Source of the DNA: Eledone cirrhosa
Lineage: Eukaryota
Direction of reading: 5' to 3'
Assembly (NCBI GenBank): GCA_964016885.1
Contig: OZ024764.1
Coordinates: 8,742,001-8,806,000 of the forward strand
Length of the DNA: 64,000 nt
Below the pieces are notes generated by a model, which had not been told where the DNA came from, did no database searches, and worked only from the letters and a program-made list of their open reading frames with translations. A program made the translations under genes and the position numbers. This document shows, piece by piece, positions 59,531 through 64,000 of this stretch; position 1 is the stretch's first letter; each line of letters starts with the position of its first letter.

Positions 59531-60154
59531 CGGACTGCTCAGGACTGTCTGGCAGGTTTTCTACGGCTGGATGCCCTTCCTAACACCAACCACGTTTACA
59601 GTGTGGACTGTGTGTTTTTACCGTGTTACCTACACGGCCACATTACAGCGTGGACTGTGTGTTTTATTGTCGTGACACCTACAAGTCTGGCGGGTTTTCG
59701 ACTGCTGGGTGCCCTTCCCAACACCAACCACGTTTACAGTGTGGACTGGGAGGTTTTTACCGTGTTACCTACACGGCCACATTACAGCGTGGACTGTGTG
59801 TTTTTTAGTCGTGACACCTACACGACCTCATTTATTTAGGACTGGATGTTGTGGGACCAACATAACTTTACATTTAAGGGGTGGTGTGGATAGGGTGGGG
59901 GTAGTGGGACGGGGGTGTATTTTGTTAAGAGGTGCCTACTGACTGTAGTAGGTTTCACTCTGTACTTAGGCAAGGCGGGTCTTCTGTATTACTGTGTAGC
60001 GCCAAAGATCTCGGTCCAGTGACATTGTCTTGGAAAGGTGTAAGTGTGTGAGGTCGGAATTAATCAAGTCGTCCCAGGTTTTTCTGGGTCTGCCTACTCC
60101 GTGGCTACCGTCTACTTTTATTGCCCTGCACTTTTTTATACATATATATATATA

Positions 60155-60484
60155 TCATCATTCATTTCATTTCATTTTACGTCCGCTTTTCCCTGCTTGC
60201 AAGGGTGGGACGGGAACTGATTCTGGCTTGATTTCTACAGCTGGATGCCCTTCCTAACACCAACCTCATTTACAGTGAGTGCTGGGTGCTTTTTTGCCGT
60301 GGCACCTCCACGACCACTTTGCAGTGGAATGATAGGGACCCCAGTCCCTATCATCTCATTTCTACAGCTGAGTAAACTGGAGCAATGTGAAATAAAGTGT
60401 CTTGCTCAAGGAAACAACACATCACCCGGTCTGAGAATTGAACTCACAGCCTTTCGATTGCAAGGCCAATGCTCTAACCACTAA
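60155..60484 (-). mobile_element. SINE family A copy
   Basis: Reverse complement of ~29375-29700. Confidence 0.8.
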
Positions 60485-61017
60485 ATATATATATATATAT
60501 ATACTCTCTGTCACTACCTCTCCTCCTCCCCTTTCTTCCCCTTTGACCTGTCCACAATCCTTTTCTCGCGGGCACTTGGCCAAGCCGGTATGAATTTGTT
60601 TCTCTCTCTCTCGTCTGCGACTTCACAGAACTTATGTTTACCGAATTCACAGACCAGACCCCTTCTTCCTCCCGTTAGACCTGTGCGAAATTCCTTCCTT
60701 GCTCACATTTCAACCAGGTTTGATGGTCTTTATTCTCTCTCGTTCACGATTTCACCGAATTTATATTCATAGAAATCTGGGACTTGTTTCCTTCTTCATC
60801 ACTTTCTTCTGCTTAAACCATTTTGTCTGTTTACCCTAGGGTCCCCTTTATTTACGTGTCCCAACGACCCTTTTTTTTAGCCGTTGCTCGCACCAACCTG
60901 AGGTATATGGCCTTTAATGCGACGAAATGCCTACGACGGTTGGATGGCCACTGATGAGGACAAACTCTTTCATATGTAACCCATTTGCAGTGCCGCAGCT
61001 CCATTATTATCATATTT

Positions 61018-61061
<44 letters not shown>

Positions 61062-61176
61062 TATATACATACAGACACTGACACACAGAACAGTGTGGAC
61101 ACTGCCGCCATTGAAATATATATCACAGCATTATTATTAAAAGTATTGAACATCTGAAACTACTTCGCTTTTCCTT

Positions 61177-61242
<66 letters not shown>

Positions 61243-61264
61243 TATATACATATATATATATATA

Positions 61265-61288
61265 TGCATATAGGAAAAGAGTCAGGAC

Positions 61289-61364
<76 letters not shown>

Positions 61365-61387
61365 GCATATAGGAAAAGAGTCAGGAC

Positions 61388-61459
<72 letters not shown>

Positions 61460-61482
61460 GCATATAGGAAAAGAGTCAGGAC

Positions 61483-61549
<67 letters not shown>

Positions 61550-61607
61550 TATATACATATATATATACATATATATATATATATGCATATAGGAAAAGAG
61601 TCAGGAC

Positions 61608-61656
<49 letters not shown>

Positions 61657-61702
61657 TATATACATATATATATATATGCATATAGGAAAAGAGTCAGGAC
61701 CC

Positions 61703-61741
<39 letters not shown>

Positions 61742-61781
61742 CATATATATATATATGCATATAGGAAAAGAGTCAGGACCC

Positions 61782-61782
<1 letters not shown>
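61265..61782. repeat. Six copies of a 27-bp core separated by variable (TA)n
   Basis: tgcatataggaaaagagtcaggaccca at about 61265, 61364, 61459, 61584, 61677, 61756. Confidence 0.92.
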
Positions 61783-61812
<30 letters not shown>

Positions 61813-61851
61813 TATTTACATATATATATATATAAATATATACATATATAC

Positions 61852-61959
<108 letters not shown>

Positions 61960-62142
61960 GTATATATATATGTTCATATATCAATATGTGTGTGTAGAAT
62001 GAAAGCATGTTTTTATTTGAAAGTTCACCTCATGACCTTTGCCCCCCACCCCACCCCCCAATTCCGCAGGTCAGTGTTCTGTCTATGTCTCTTCTTCAAC
62101 ATACATACTTTCTCTTGTGAGAATCAGGCCAGCAGAGGATGA

Positions 62143-62216
<74 letters not shown>

Positions 62217-62255
62217 GCATGTATATACATATATATTTATATGTATGTATATTCA

Positions 62256-62298
<43 letters not shown>

Positions 62299-62309
62299 AT
62301 ATATGTATG

Positions 62310-62369
<60 letters not shown>

Positions 62370-62500
62370 CATACATATATATACATGTATATATATATAT
62401 ATATATGAATATAGATACATATAAATATATGTATATACATGAATATATATATATATATATGTGAATGATTATACATACATATAAATATATATGTATATAC

Positions 62501-62551
<51 letters not shown>

Positions 62552-62774
62552 CATATATATGTATAGGTAACATGGTAAAAACCTCCCAGTTCCACACTGT
62601 AAATGTGGTTGGTGTTAGGAAGGGCACCCAGCCGTAGAAAACCCGCCAGACAGTCCTATACGAGGAAGACAACCACCCTTGCCTCAAGTGGGAAAACTCC
62701 CGTCCAAACCCATGCAAGCGTGGAATATGGACGTTAAACGATGATGATGATGATGATGATGTGTGTGAGTGTGT

Positions 62775-63060
62775 AAACTAAGTGAGAAATTAGGAATAAG
62801 AAGGATCAGATGCTGTTTACTTGAGAGAAGGCTACGTTGGTATGGTCACGTGATGCACAGGAAAGACGACGGCTGTATAAAAAGTGCAGGGCGATCAAAA
62901 TAGATGGAAGTTACAGAGTAGGTAGACCCAGAAAAACCTGGGACGACTTGACAAAATCTGACCTTACACACTTCACCTCTCTAAGACAATGTCACTGGAC
63001 CGAGATCTTTGGCGCTACGCAGTAATACAGAAGACCTGCCTTCCCCACGTGCAAAGTTAA
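62775..63060 (+). mobile_element. Degraded RTE 3' fragment (inverted relative at ~59825-60140)
   Basis: RRLRWYGHVM...GRPRKTWDDL. Confidence 0.65.
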
Positions 63061-63420
63061 CCTACAGTCAGTAGGCACCTCTTAACCAAAATACACCCCC
63101 ATCCCACCAACACCACCCTTTTTCTATAAAGTTATGTTGGTACCACAACATCCAGTCCAAACTAATGAGATCGTGTGGATGTCACAACAAAAAAAACACG
63201 TCCACGCTGTAATGTGGTCGTGTAGGTAACATGGTAAAAACCTCCCAGTCCACACTGTAAACGGGGTTGGTGTTAGGAAGGGCATCCAGCCGTAGAAAAC
63301 CTACTAGATAGTCCTATATATGCGAGACATGGTCACCCGACCAATCTTGCCTCAAGTGGGACAATTCCCGTCTAACCCATATTAGCGTGGAAGATAGACG
63401 TTAAACGATGATGATGATGA

Positions 63421-63466
<46 letters not shown>

Positions 63467-63542
63467 AAGACAATGTCACTGGATTGAGATCTTAGGTGCT
63501 ATGCTGTTGTTCAGAAGACCCGCCTTCCTTTTGCATACAAAG

Positions 63543-63690
63543 TTAACCCCTTAGTGTTCAAACCGGCCAAAACCGGCCAGAATTCTCTACCTCTTTCTGT
63601 TGAAACTGGCTGTAACTGGTCACTCAGACTGATGTTAAAGTATTGTTCTCAAAATAAATACTTTCAAAATCTCATAGATTCGATATTATG
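63543..63690 (+). mobile_element. Possible piggyBac-type MITE end
   Basis: TTAA-CCC start; a related sequence at 41835-41894 ends GGG-TTAA. Confidence 0.4.
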
Positions 63691-64000
63691 TGAGGTAATT
63701 ATGTGAAGTAAAGCCTTTACTGTGAAAATACAATAGTATATATAGAGTAATGTAAATGTTATGTGAGATATTATGTGAGGTAAAGCCTTTACTGTGATAA
63801 TACAATAGTATATATAGAGGAATGTAAATATTATGTGAGATATTATGTGAGGTAAAGCCTTTACCATGAAAATACAATAGTATATATAGAGGAATGTAAA
63901 TGTTATGTGAGATATTATGTGAGGTAAAGCCTTTACTGTGACAATACAATAGTATATATAGAGTAATGTAAATGTTATGTGAGATATTATGTGAGGTAAA
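63685..64000 (+). repeat. 72-bp tandem repeat running off the window
   Basis: taaagccttt at 63709, 63781, 63853, 63925. Confidence 0.92.

Noticed and set aside
61265-61782. CRISPR-like repeat-spacer pattern
   Set aside because: Spacers are plain (TA)n, no cas genes, eukaryotic context.

Overview
Eukaryotic, very microsatellite-rich DNA. The SINE/MITE motifs resemble octopod cephalopod repeats (from memory, not searched). One protein-coding gene is supported: an Iroquois (Irx, TALE-class) homeobox gene on the + strand with four phase-compatible exons (2546-2893, 6536-6669, 10392-10849, 22023-24532); its first exon lies upstream of the window. Almost all other ORFs in the track are translations of (TA)n, (CA)n, (GA)n or (GGT)n repeats. 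The rest of the window holds RTE, Tx1/L1 and RLE-type LINE fragments, two tRNA-derived SINE families, a bipartite RTE derivative and several minisatellites, some visibly built from LINE or SINE pieces. The strongest hidden signal is a dense field of type I hammerhead ribozyme (HHR) motifs: about 20 complete or nearly complete copies from several unrelated families, in short AT-rich inserts within (TA)n tracts, as expected for Penelope-like element pLTR remnants or retrozymes. Some carry the compensatory U3:A8 core, several form palindromes centred on ribozyme stem II, and most lie antisense to Irx. All folds were paired by eye; none was computed or tested.
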